Positions 18,636 through 27,482 of a DNA stretch of 64,000 nucleotides are shown here, one piece after another. This stretch comes from Clostridia bacterium (lineage in GTDB: Bacteria; Bacillota; Clostridia; RGIG6154): positions 1,956-65,955 of the forward strand of contig JAZUPZ010000024.1 of assembly GCA_045605445.1 (NCBI GenBank), read 5' to 3'. The translations under genes and the position numbers were made by a program. Position 1 is the first letter of the stretch, and every line of letters begins with the position of its first letter. Under the pieces are notes generated by a model. It saw nothing but the letters and a program-made list of their open reading frames with translations, was not told where the DNA came from and searched no databases.

Positions 18636-20368
18636 TGGCAAAGATAACTGCAAAAACTCCCTGGGCGGAGCATATGGGCGATGTACCCCTTCATCTTGAT
18701 TATTTTGAAGGCTCAATGGCAGAAGCTGTAATGTTAATTGCAGAAAAATATCCGCATCACATTGCTTTTGATTTTATGGGCAAGACGACAACATACTCAA
18801 AGCTCGTTTCCCAGGTGGAAAAATGTGCCAAAGCTCTCAAGACAATCGGTGTACGTGAAGGCGACAAGGTTACCATCGCAATGCCCAACTGCCCTCAGGC
18901 AATTTATATGTTCTATGCCATAAATTTAGTGGGCGGAATTGCAAATATGATTCATCCCCTTTCTGCGGAAAAGGAAATTGAATTTTATCTGAACGAATCG
19001 CAGAGTGTTACCGCAATTACACTTGACCAGTTCTACAATAAATTTGAAAACATAAGAAAAAACACAAGTGTTGTTAACATTATTATTGCAAGTATCAAGG
19101 ATGAACTTTCAAAGCCCATCAAAGCGGGGTATATGCTTACAGAGGGAAGAAAAATCCAGAAAATCCCTGCAGATGCTCCCATTATCCGCTGGAATGAGTT
19201 TATGAATCTTTCAAAGCACTGCTTCTACAACTACAAGGTTAAAAGATGCGGTGATGATCCCGCAGTTATTCTCTACTCGGGTGGAACAACAGGTACATCA
19301 AAAGGTATTGTTCTCACAAACAAAAACTTCAATGCACTGGGGCAGCAAGTCATTGCTGCAAACGAAATGTTCAGACCCGGAGATAAGATGCTTGCCGCAA
19401 TGCCGATTTTCCACGGCTTCGGGCTTGGCGTTTGTATTCACACAATGCTTTCTCAGGGCGGAAGGTGTATTTTAGTACCAAGATTCACACCCAAAAGCTA
19501 CGGCAAACTGATTACGAGCCAAAAGTGTAACTTCATCGCAGGTGTACCTACGCTTTATGAAGCACTTTTAAGACTTCCCGACATGGACAAGGCTGACCTT
19601 TCAAACTTAAAAGGCGTGTTCTCGGGCGGTGACTCACTTTCAATTGAACTTAAAAAGAAGCTTGACAAATTCCTGCTTGACCATAAATGTATGATTCAGG
19701 TACGCGAAGGCTACGGCACAACAGAAACCGTTACCGCCTGCTGCCTCACCCCTGCTCATATGTACAAAAAAGGCAGTATCGGAATTCCTTTCCCGGATAC
19801 ATATATAAAAATTGTTGAACCTGATACAGACAAAGAGCTTCCATATGGCGAAGAGGGTGAAATTCTCCTTGCAGGACCGACTGTTATGAAAGAATATATG
19901 AATCATCCCGGTGAAACCGCTCAAACCCTGAGAACTCACGCAGACGGTCTTACCTGGGTTTACACAGGTGACCTGGGTTCTATGGATTCAGAAGGCTTCA
20001 TTTACTTCAAGGGAAGAGCAAAAAGAATGATTATAACGTCAGGATACAATGTTTATCCCGCACAGCTTGAAAACATTTTAGATGCTCACGAATATGTGCA
20101 GATGAGCTGTGTTATCGGTGTTCCCGACCCTTATAAAATTCAGAAAGTAAAAGCTTTTGTTAAACTTGCGGCAAACATTCCTGCAAGTGAGGACACAAAA
20201 CAGGAAATTCTCGGTTACTGCAGAAAGAACATTGCAAAATATTCAATGCCCTATGACATTGAATTCAGAGAAGAGCTTCCTAAAACATTAGTCGGCAAGG
20301 TTGCTTACCGTCAGCTTGAAGAGGAAGAACTTGCAAAAACTGAAAAAGAAAAAATTGAAAATGTATAA
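18635..20368 (+). CDS. Long-chain acyl-CoA synthetase (AMP-binding)
   Basis: YSGGTTGTSKG P-loop, GYGTTE, TGDLG, LPKTLVGK. Confidence 0.9.
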   Translation: MAKITAKTPWAEHMGDVPLHLDYFEGSMAEAVMLIAEKYPHHIAFDFMGKTTTYSKLVSQVEKCAKALKTIGVREGDKVTIAMPNCPQAIYMFYAINLVGGIANMIHPLSAEKEIEFYLNESQSVTAITLDQFYNKFENIRKNTSVVNIIIASIKDELSKPIKAGYMLTEGRKIQKIPADAPIIRWNEFMNLSKHCFYNYKVKRCGDDPAVILYSGGTTGTSKGIVLTNKNFNALGQQVIAANEMFRPGDKMLAAMPIFHGFGLGVCIHTMLSQGGRCILVPRFTPKSYGKLITSQKCNFIAGVPTLYEALLRLPDMDKADLSNLKGVFSGGDSLSIELKKKLDKFLLDHKCMIQVREGYGTTETVTACCLTPAHMYKKGSIGIPFPDTYIKIVEPDTDKELPYGEEGEILLAGPTVMKEYMNHPGETAQTLRTHADGLTWVYTGDLGSMDSEGFIYFKGRAKRMIITSGYNVYPAQLENILDAHEYVQMSCVIGVPDPYKIQKVKAFVKLAANIPASEDTKQEILGYCRKNIAKYSMPYDIEFREELPKTLVGKVAYRQLEEEELAKTEKEKIENV

Positions 20369-20369
20369 C

Positions 20370-20400
20370 AAAAAGCAGCTTTTTAAAAAGCTGCTTTTTT
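20370..20400. terminator. Bidirectional intrinsic terminator
   Basis: AAAAAGCAGCTTTT-T-AAAAAGCTGCTTTTTT between convergent genes. Confidence 0.75.
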
Positions 20401-20408
20401 ATTTTATC

Positions 20409-21287
20409 TTACAAAAAATTCATCATTATAATTGAGGCTATGCCGATTAAAATACCGACTGTGTTCTTAAGCTTAAGTTTTTCTTTAAAGAACATTGCGC
20501 CTACCAGAGCTGATGCTATAATTCCCGAACCGCAAGTTACCGGGAACAATATTGCCGCGTGAACCCTGCCCGCAAGAAATGCTATGATAAGCTGAAGTGC
20601 AAAGCCTAAAACTGCCGCTACTCCTCCGAATATATACCCTGTTTCCGGCATTTTTGAATTCTGTTCTTTTCCTTTGAAGAAAGGAAGCATAACACCAAAA
20701 AGAAGTGCCGCAAAAACATAAGATAAAACCATATACATCAGCGAATTTCCGTCAGGCACATAGTTTGCAAACAACTGTGCGGAAACATTTCCAAAGCCCG
20801 ATGAAAGTAAAACACCAAGAAGCACCACAAAGGTTACTGCAGTGAATTTTCTGTTTGTGCCGTTATCTTTTGTTGATGTTATAAGGTAAACGCCGATAAA
20901 AAATACCACAAGACCGATTATTTTCCCGATTGTTATAGCATCACCCATAAAAACTGCGCCGTAAATTACCGGTACAATAAGACTTGCCGATGCAAAAAGA
21001 GAGTTTATTGCAACAGTTGTAATCTGAAATGCATAAGTGCCGAGATATCCGCAGATAAAAAGCATTGCACCAAACATAAAGGAAATTAAAATTGTATATA
21101 GGTCAAAGTGGATTTTTCCTCCTCCGATAATAAGTGCAACGGCACCCACAACCGCCCCAACAAAATATCTGAACAAGTTGTATTTTGTCATAAACAACAT
21201 TCCGTCAAGACCTACACTTGCTCTTTTTTCAGAATATTTATAAGGAAAATATCCTATTGCCACAATCAATAATAATATATAAGCCAT
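20409..21287 (-). CDS. DMT/EamA-like membrane transporter
   Basis: About 10 TM segments, FFKEKL motif. Confidence 0.7.
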   Translation of the reverse strand: MAYILLLIVAIGYFPYKYSEKRASVGLDGMLFMTKYNLFRYFVGAVVGAVALIIGGGKIHFDLYTILISFMFGAMLFICGYLGTYAFQITTVAINSLFASASLIVPVIYGAVFMGDAITIGKIIGLVVFFIGVYLITSTKDNGTNRKFTAVTFVVLLGVLLSSGFGNVSAQLFANYVPDGNSLMYMVLSYVFAALLFGVMLPFFKGKEQNSKMPETGYIFGGVAAVLGFALQLIIAFLAGRVHAAILFPVTCGSGIIASALVGAMFFKEKLKLKNTVGILIGIASIIMMNFL

Positions 21288-21293
21288 AAGTTC

Positions 21294-22451
21294 CTACCAG
21301 AAGAGCTTGTCAAAGCCTTTTAATTTGTAAAGGGCTTCGATAAAGTAATAATCTCCGTAAATAATCGGGATATGCTTTCCGCTTTTGTTATCCTCGGGGC
21401 TGAAATATCTTTCGCTGCCGCCGCCTAAAATCGGGTCAGTTTCAGGGTTGTAGTCGCTGAATTTTTCATCAACAGCTTTTAAGATTTTGATAGCCGCATT
21501 AAGATACATTTTCTTTTCAAATTCAGGAACAACTTTGGCAATCTCAATAAGTCCGCAGGCGGTACAAGCCGCAGCGGTTGTGTCATACCAAAGGGGTTCT
21601 TCGGGAGCTCTGAAGTCAACTCTTGGAAGATAGCCGTCTTCAACAATGTTTGCAATAAAGTAATGTGCAACTTTCTTTGCTGTATCAAGATATTCTTTTT
21701 TGCCTGTGTGTATGTAAGAAAGAATAAAACCGTAAACTGCCCAGGACTGTCCTCTTGACCAGCTTGACTCTACAGCATAACCCTGACCGATGTGATGGTC
21801 TTCAACCTCACCTGTTTTCGGGTTGTGACAGCAGATGTGATAAACGCTTCCGTCGGGACGAATATGGTCTCTCATTGCCATATCTGCATGAGAGATTGCA
21901 ACGGCTTTAAATCTGTCATCACCTGTAACATCCGTTGCCCAGTAGAGAAGCGGAATGTTCATCATACAGTCAATGATTGTCCAGCCGTGAGTATTTTCAA
22001 CATCGTGCCATTTGTTCCAGGCTCTGATGAATTTACCTTCAATGTTGTATCTTCCCATTAAGATACTTGCCGCGTGGAGCGCTCTCTGTCTTGAACGGTC
22101 GTTGCCCGTAATCATATAATCAGCCTTTGCAGATGTGTTCCACATAAAGCCAACATCGTGATGAAGTCTGTCAAATTCGCCAAAAAGAGCTCTGTCTAGC
22201 ATTTCAACAGACTTGTCACCTGCTGTTTTATAAATTTCTTCACCTGTTGCATCATAAAGAAGCCACATAATTCCCGGCCAGAAACCGTTTGTCCACATTG
22301 CAACATTGTTTTCTGCCTGGTCATCATATACACCGTTTTCTGCAGTATATGGAATTTTATCCTGATTTCTTTCTGCAACGGAAGGCATTTTCTTTAAAAC
22401 CTTTTCCCAGGTTTCATCAATAAACTTTTGATTTTCAACTGAAAGATTCAT
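21294..22451 (-). CDS. GH88 unsaturated glucuronyl hydrolase
   Basis: WTNGFWPG, HHDVGF, IIDCMMN, WSRGQSW, YGDYYFIEAL; probable start ATG 22451. Confidence 0.92.
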   Translation of the reverse strand: MNLSVENQKFIDETWEKVLKKMPSVAERNQDKIPYTAENGVYDDQAENNVAMWTNGFWPGIMWLLYDATGEEIYKTAGDKSVEMLDRALFGEFDRLHHDVGFMWNTSAKADYMITGNDRSRQRALHAASILMGRYNIEGKFIRAWNKWHDVENTHGWTIIDCMMNIPLLYWATDVTGDDRFKAVAISHADMAMRDHIRPDGSVYHICCHNPKTGEVEDHHIGQGYAVESSWSRGQSWAVYGFILSYIHTGKKEYLDTAKKVAHYFIANIVEDGYLPRVDFRAPEEPLWYDTTAAACTACGLIEIAKVVPEFEKKMYLNAAIKILKAVDEKFSDYNPETDPILGGGSERYFSPEDNKSGKHIPIIYGDYYFIEALYKLKGFDKLFW

Positions 22452-22490
22452 AGATTTTTCCTTTCCTTTTTGCAACAAGGTTGCAAAATT

Positions 22491-22560
22491 AATGAATAGT
22501 GAATAATGAATGATGAATAATTGATGTAGGAACTCCGCGTTTGCGGAGTTCCTTTTATTT
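22491..22560. repeat. TGAATAA heptamer tract plus GGAACTCCG hairpin
   Basis: AATGAATAGTGAATAATGAATGATGAATAATTG then GGAACTCCGC-GTTT-GCGGAGTTCC. Confidence 0.65.
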
Positions 22561-22578
22561 TATTCGTTGTTGTACGGC

Positions 22579-22891
22579 AAACAAATTTTACCCGAAATGC
22601 AATAACGAGAGAAAATTCGTTTGTATTGTGCTGTCAGCCGACTGACATATACCTTGCTGACTATTTCCTCTTATTTCGGAGGAAAATTTGAATTAATTTG
22701 TGCATTGGGCTGTCCGAAGTGTACTTTGTGTACACGAGTGGGCAGACCAAGGTGCAAAGTAAACAAATTTTACCCGAAATTATGTAATAACGAGGAAATT
22801 TTCGTTCAAGTTGTGTTGATAACCGACCGACGCGTACTTTGTGTACGCAAGTGAGGTCAGCAACGCAAGATGGACAAAATTAACCGTTATT
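22579..22891. repeat. Tandem GTAC-tipped long hairpins (two full units, one truncated)
   Basis: Units 22673-22780 and 22786-22891 with GTAC-TTTGT-GTAC apex; 20-nt junction AAACAAATTTTACCCGAAAT duplicated at 22579 and 22761. Confidence 0.75.
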
Positions 22892-23675
22892 TAGGTTGTT
22901 TGCCGATATAAGCAAGTATGCCTCCATCAACATAAAGAATATGACCGTTAACTGCATTTGACGCATCCGATGCAAGGAACACAGCAGGTCCTGCAAGCTC
23001 TTCGGGCTTGAGCCATCTGCCTGCAGGGGTTTTTGAGATGATGAATGAATCAAACGGATGTCTTGAGCCGTCAGGCTGTTTTTCGCGAAGGGGTGCAGTC
23101 TGAGGTGTTTCGATGTATCCCGGTCCGATACCGTTGCACTGAATGTTGTATTCACCGTATTCTGAACAGATGTTTTTTGTAAGCATTTTGAGACCGCCTT
23201 TTGCCGCAGCATATGCAGAAACAGTTTCTCTTCCCAGCTCGCTCATCATTGAGCAGATGTTGATTATTTTTCCGTGACCTTTTTTAATCATTGACGGAAT
23301 AACTGCTTTTGAAACGATGAAAGGAGCGTTAAGGTCAACATCGATAACCTGTCTGAATTCTGCAGCTGTCATTTCGTGCATTGGAATTCTTTTGATTATG
23401 CCTGCGTTGTTAACTAAAATATCAATAACGCCAACTTCTTTTTCGATTTTTGCAACCATTTCGTTTACAGCATCTTCATCTGTAACGTTACAAACGTAAC
23501 CGTAAGCTTTGATTCCTGCTTCTTTATAAGCCTCAAGACCTTTGTCAACAAGCTCCTGATTAAGGTCGTTAAAAACGATTGTTGCGCCTGCTTCTGCAAG
23601 GCCTGATGCAATGGCAAAGCCAATGCCGTAAGAGCCGCCTGTAACTAAGGCGATTTTACCATCTAATCTGAACAT
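22887..23675 (-). CDS. kduD: Gluconate 5-dehydrogenase / KduD-type SDR
   Basis: TGGSYGIG, NNAG, YAAAK SDR motifs; adjacent to kduI. Confidence 0.8.
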   Translation of the reverse strand: MFRLDGKIALVTGGSYGIGFAIASGLAEAGATIVFNDLNQELVDKGLEAYKEAGIKAYGYVCNVTDEDAVNEMVAKIEKEVGVIDILVNNAGIIKRIPMHEMTAAEFRQVIDVDLNAPFIVSKAVIPSMIKKGHGKIINICSMMSELGRETVSAYAAAKGGLKMLTKNICSEYGEYNIQCNGIGPGYIETPQTAPLREKQPDGSRHPFDSFIISKTPAGRWLKPEELAGPAVFLASDASNAVNGHILYVDGGILAYIGKQPK

Positions 23676-23760
23676 AGTTTATTCCTCCTGTTTGGAATTT
23701 TCCGCATCTTACCTCAAAAGGGCAATCTGCGAAAAATTTGTTTTTATTTATTAAGCTGAA

Positions 23761-25386
23761 TTATCTTAAATCTCTTGTTTCAATATGATCCATATCAGTA
23801 AATTCCTGATTTTCGCCGCACATTGCCCAAATGAATGAATAAGCCTTTGTGCCAACGCCTGAGTGAATTGACCAGCTTGGTGAAATAACCGCTTCTTCGT
23901 TGTGCATAATAATGTGTCTTGTTTCATCAGGTTCACCCATCATATGGAATACTGCATCGTTTTCACCCATATCAAGATAAAGATAAACTTCCATTCTTCT
24001 GTCATGAGTATGGCAGGGCATTGTGTTCCAGTTTGAGCCGGGTTCAAGCTGAGTAAGACCCATTGAAAGCTGACAGCTCTTCATTACTTCAGGATGAATG
24101 TACTGGTTTATAACTCTCTTGTTGCAGTCTTCAACACTTCCGCAGGGAACTTTCTTAGCCTTTGTGATATCAATTTTAACAATCGGATATTCTTTGTGAG
24201 CAGGGCATGATGAAATGTAGAATTTTGCAGGCTCGTTTTCATCAACACTCTTGAAGGTAATATCTTTATTACCCATACCGATATAAATACCGTCTCTCGG
24301 GTTCATTTCATAGTCAACGCCGTCAACTGTGATAACACCTTTTCCGCCTATGTTGATACATCCCATTTCTCTTCTCTGAAGGAAATATTCTGCAGCAAGC
24401 TCTTTGCCTGCTTCAAGCTTTAATTCTCTCTTAACAGGCATCATACCGCAGGTGATAATTCTGTCGATATGGCTGTAAACCATTCTGATGTTGTCCTTTG
24501 TGAAAAGGTCCTGGATTAAAAATTCTTCTCTTAATCTTTCTGTTGTGTAATGTTTAACGTCTCTTGAATTTGATGCATTTCTTACTTCCATTGTTTCAAT
24601 CTCCTTTTTAATATAATTTCCGTAAACCTCAATCTGGCAAAGAGCCGCCCAGGAAAGGGGGTATGCCGCCTGTTTGAAGTTTGTTATGTGAATATAATCA
24701 GTTTTCTTTGGTTCGTCAAGCTTTACAATCTGTCCATCGGCTGTTTCTTCAAACTCGCCATGAACAAGGCTCTTGTCGGAAAACTCAATGTCAAAAGCTT
24801 TCCAGTATGTATCGTGAGGAAAATCTGCTCTTAAAAATACTTTGAACTCGGAAACCTCAACTTCTGTTCCGAAATAAACGTAGTATTCAAGGTCTTCTCT
24901 TGCTCCTGCCGCCCAGGAAAGATAAGGATATTTTCCATGACCCACGTTGTCGCAGACACCGTCGATTGCATTTCTTTCAAAGAATACCGGATCCTGTCTT
25001 GTTACGAAGTTAGCAGCGGCATGAGGAAAGCACTTGTCATAGAATCTCTGGTCAAAAGCATTAAGTGCAATGTTTCTTTTGCCGTAAAACTCTTCTTCCT
25101 CAATTTCTGCAATATATATTTTGTGACTGTCGCCCTGAAAAGCTTCGGGATGATATCCGTCAAGCAGATTACCGAAAGGAATTTTATAGTTTATAACCTT
25201 ATTTGGCACATAAACAATACTTTCTTTCAGATTTTCATCAAGCTGAAGCTTAACAAACTTTTCCGAAAGCTCTATGTACATAAAATCACCGGCTTCATAA
25301 ACGCCTTCATAAACGGCATCTATTACCTCGCCCTCTGCACGGAACTTAACCTTTTTGTCAGAGGACATTATACGAAGTTTTATCAT
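23761..25386 (-). CDS. kduI: N-terminal galactose-binding-like domain fused in frame to 5-keto-4-deoxyuronate isomerase (KduI part 24591-23761)
   Basis: C-terminal half has YSHIDR, WNTMPCHTHDRRME, SPSWSIHSG, WAMCGENQ; an internal AAGGAG RBS precedes ATG 24591. Confidence 0.88.
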   Translation of the reverse strand: MIKLRIMSSDKKVKFRAEGEVIDAVYEGVYEAGDFMYIELSEKFVKLQLDENLKESIVYVPNKVINYKIPFGNLLDGYHPEAFQGDSHKIYIAEIEEEEFYGKRNIALNAFDQRFYDKCFPHAAANFVTRQDPVFFERNAIDGVCDNVGHGKYPYLSWAAGAREDLEYYVYFGTEVEVSEFKVFLRADFPHDTYWKAFDIEFSDKSLVHGEFEETADGQIVKLDEPKKTDYIHITNFKQAAYPLSWAALCQIEVYGNYIKKEIETMEVRNASNSRDVKHYTTERLREEFLIQDLFTKDNIRMVYSHIDRIITCGMMPVKRELKLEAGKELAAEYFLQRREMGCINIGGKGVITVDGVDYEMNPRDGIYIGMGNKDITFKSVDENEPAKFYISSCPAHKEYPIVKIDITKAKKVPCGSVEDCNKRVINQYIHPEVMKSCQLSMGLTQLEPGSNWNTMPCHTHDRRMEVYLYLDMGENDAVFHMMGEPDETRHIIMHNEEAVISPSWSIHSGVGTKAYSFIWAMCGENQEFTDMDHIETRDLR

Positions 25387-25507
25387 AGCAATTCACTTCC
25401 TTTCAAGTATATCATACTACAAACTGACAACAATTTCTTTGCATTTTTAACTTATTTATTGCAAATCTCACTTATTTTTGTGCAATTTATTCAATTATTT
25501 AAAAAAA

Positions 25508-25532
25508 CGGGACGATGTAGCACCGCCCCTAC
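25508..25532 (-). repeat. GTAG-type REP palindrome
   Basis: Minus strand GTAGGGGCGGTGCTACATCGTCCCG. Confidence 0.6.
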
Positions 25533-25569
25533 GAATATGAATCAAGCTCTTTGATTTAAACTGAGCAAA

Positions 25570-25671
25570 AATTCGAGGAAAAATTGTTTGTATTGTGAAT
25601 TTTGCCGAGCGGGCAGTACTTTGGTACTTCAGCGAGGCAAAAGGTGCAATACAGGCAATTTTAACCGAATT
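25570..25671. repeat. GTAC-tipped long hairpin
   Basis: AATTCG-AGG-AAAAATTG...AGTAC-TTTG-GTACT...CAATTTT-AAC-CGAATT, abutting the HD gene stop. Confidence 0.7.
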
Positions 25672-26255
25672 TACTTTTTGCTGCCTTCAATAAAATACGT
25701 CGCCTCCATATCCGCAACAGAGGTTGCAAATGCCAACGGAAACATTTCAAAGGATTTGCCAACGCTTAAGGTGTCCTGAGTATTGGCAAAGCCCATATGA
25801 TATCTTATGGCAAAAGCTTCTTCCCTTGTAAGGCGCATAAAGCCCGATACAACGTAAACCGACTTTTCGCCGTGACCGTATGGAAGCGGATCGGAAAACT
25901 GATAATACGGAACCTTTTCCCATTCGCCTCTTTCGTTTTTGGCATTTCTGTATTCAACGCTGTAGCAGCCTGCCTTGCAAACGTCGTGAAGAAGTCCTGC
26001 AATTGCAATTGACTCATCGGAATAATTCATATTATAAGCGCCTTTTGCTCTTTCTCTTGAAAGATAGTCAACAAGGCATTCGTAAACGTTTACACTGTGT
26101 TCAACAAGTCCGCCCTCGTAGGAGCCGTGAAATCTTGCCGATGCGGGAGCGGTCATAAAGTCGCTCTGGTTTGTTAAATATTCGAGTAGCTTGTCTGCTC
26201 CCTCTCTTTTTATATTCTGATTAAAGTAATAGATAAATTTTTCCTTTGCATCCAT
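25671..26255 (-). CDS. HD-domain phosphohydrolase
   Basis: APAS..FH...GGLVEHS, LLHDVCK, GHGEKS, IRYHMG. Confidence 0.88.
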   Translation of the reverse strand: MDAKEKFIYYFNQNIKREGADKLLEYLTNQSDFMTAPASARFHGSYEGGLVEHSVNVYECLVDYLSRERAKGAYNMNYSDESIAIAGLLHDVCKAGCYSVEYRNAKNERGEWEKVPYYQFSDPLPYGHGEKSVYVVSGFMRLTREEAFAIRYHMGFANTQDTLSVGKSFEMFPLAFATSVADMEATYFIEGSKK

Positions 26256-26281
26256 TTATATTCACCCTTTCAAATTTTATG

Positions 26282-26308
26282 GTAGGGGCGGACGCCTCTG
26301 TCCGCCCG
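26282..26308 (+). repeat. GTAG-type REP palindrome
   Basis: GTAGGGGCGGACGCCTCTGTCCGCCCG, identical to 41794-41820. Confidence 0.75.
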
Positions 26309-26409
26309 ATTTAATTTTATAATAAATTTTTTCGGTTGTAAATATATTTATTGATTTTTCGTTCATTTTATAGTAAAATGGTAGCAGTTAAAAAGATTGG
26401 AGAAATACT

Positions 26410-26700
26410 ATGACAGGTAAACAGAGAGCTTATTTAAGAGGACTTGCAAACAAGATTCCCGCAAAATATCAGATTGGCAAAAACGGAATTGACTATAATT
26501 TCTTATCACTTTTAAGGGACGCCCTTGAAAAAAACGAACTTATTAAAATTCACGTTCTTGAAAACTCAATGGAAGACCCCCGCTCCGCCTGCGGTCAGCT
26601 TTGCGAAACTTTAGAGGCTGAACCCGTTCAGGTTATCGGAAGCAAGTTCGTTATCTATAAAGAATCAAAGGAACATAAAACAATCAAATTACCGAAATAA
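26410..26700 (+). CDS. yhbY: Ribosome assembly RNA-binding protein YhbY (CRM domain)
   Basis: MTGKQRAYLR, QIGKNG, ELIKIHVL, VQVIG. Confidence 0.92.
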   Translation: MTGKQRAYLRGLANKIPAKYQIGKNGIDYNFLSLLRDALEKNELIKIHVLENSMEDPRSACGQLCETLEAEPVQVIGSKFVIYKESKEHKTIKLPK

Positions 26701-26822
26701 TTTGATTGTTAGTTAGTAATTAAGAGAAAATAAACAAACCCTGAAAATCTCAGGGTTTGTTTTTATACAAAAACAAAGTCGGCATAAGCCGACTTTGAAC
26801 CTTTTTTATTCTTTATTATTTA

Positions 26823-27482
26823 TTATTTATTCTTTAAAACCATTTCAAGCTCCGCAGGACTTGAAATGATTAAATCTGCTTTGTTCTCTTCAAGCTCTTT
26901 TTTATCACGAAAGCCCCAGAGAACGCCAACGGTAAAGCAATCTGCATTTTTGCCCGTTTGCATATCTGTTGCGGTGTCGCCCACATAAACACATTCTTCG
27001 GGCAAAACATTAAATCCGTCAAGGATTTTTAAAAGCATTGCAGGGTCGGGTTTTCTCGGGTTGCCCTCCTGCTGCCCAAGAACAACATCAAAGAAGCCTT
27101 TTTCAAAAAAAGCATCAACCACAAAATCAACGGAAGACTGTGGCTTGTTTGAGAAAACGCCAAGCTTCACACCTTTTTCTTTAAGGCTTTTAAGCGTTTC
27201 CGCCATTCCCTTATAAAGGCTTGTTAAATAAAGCGGCTTTTCGTTGTAGCTTGTTAAATAAAAGTCAAGCATTTCCCTGTGAAGCTTCTCTTCAAACCTA
27301 TCCTGTGCCCTTAAAACTCTTTCAATTAAAAGAGATGCACCCTCGCCCACAAAATACTTGTAATCTTCCACAGCAAAGGTTTTGAGCCCGTATTTTTCAA
27401 GGGTTGAATTTACATAATATGCAATTGTATTCAAGGTGTCCGCCACCGTACCATCCAAATCAAAAACATAAGCTTTATACAA
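26823..27482 (-). CDS. HAD-family phosphatase (phosphoglycolate phosphatase-like)
   Basis: FDLDGT, SNK, KPDP, VGD...D motifs. Confidence 0.9.
   Translation of the reverse strand: MYKAYVFDLDGTVADTLNTIAYYVNSTLEKYGLKTFAVEDYKYFVGEGASLLIERVLRAQDRFEEKLHREMLDFYLTSYNEKPLYLTSLYKGMAETLKSLKEKGVKLGVFSNKPQSSVDFVVDAFFEKGFFDVVLGQQEGNPRKPDPAMLLKILDGFNVLPEECVYVGDTATDMQTGKNADCFTVGVLWGFRDKKELEENKADLIISSPAELEMVLKNK

Noticed and set aside
24937-25554. 205-aa plus-strand ORF and similar long antisense ORFs (e.g. 39346-39813, 52447-52899)
   Set aside because: They lie opposite well-supported genes and have no motifs; typical shadow frames.
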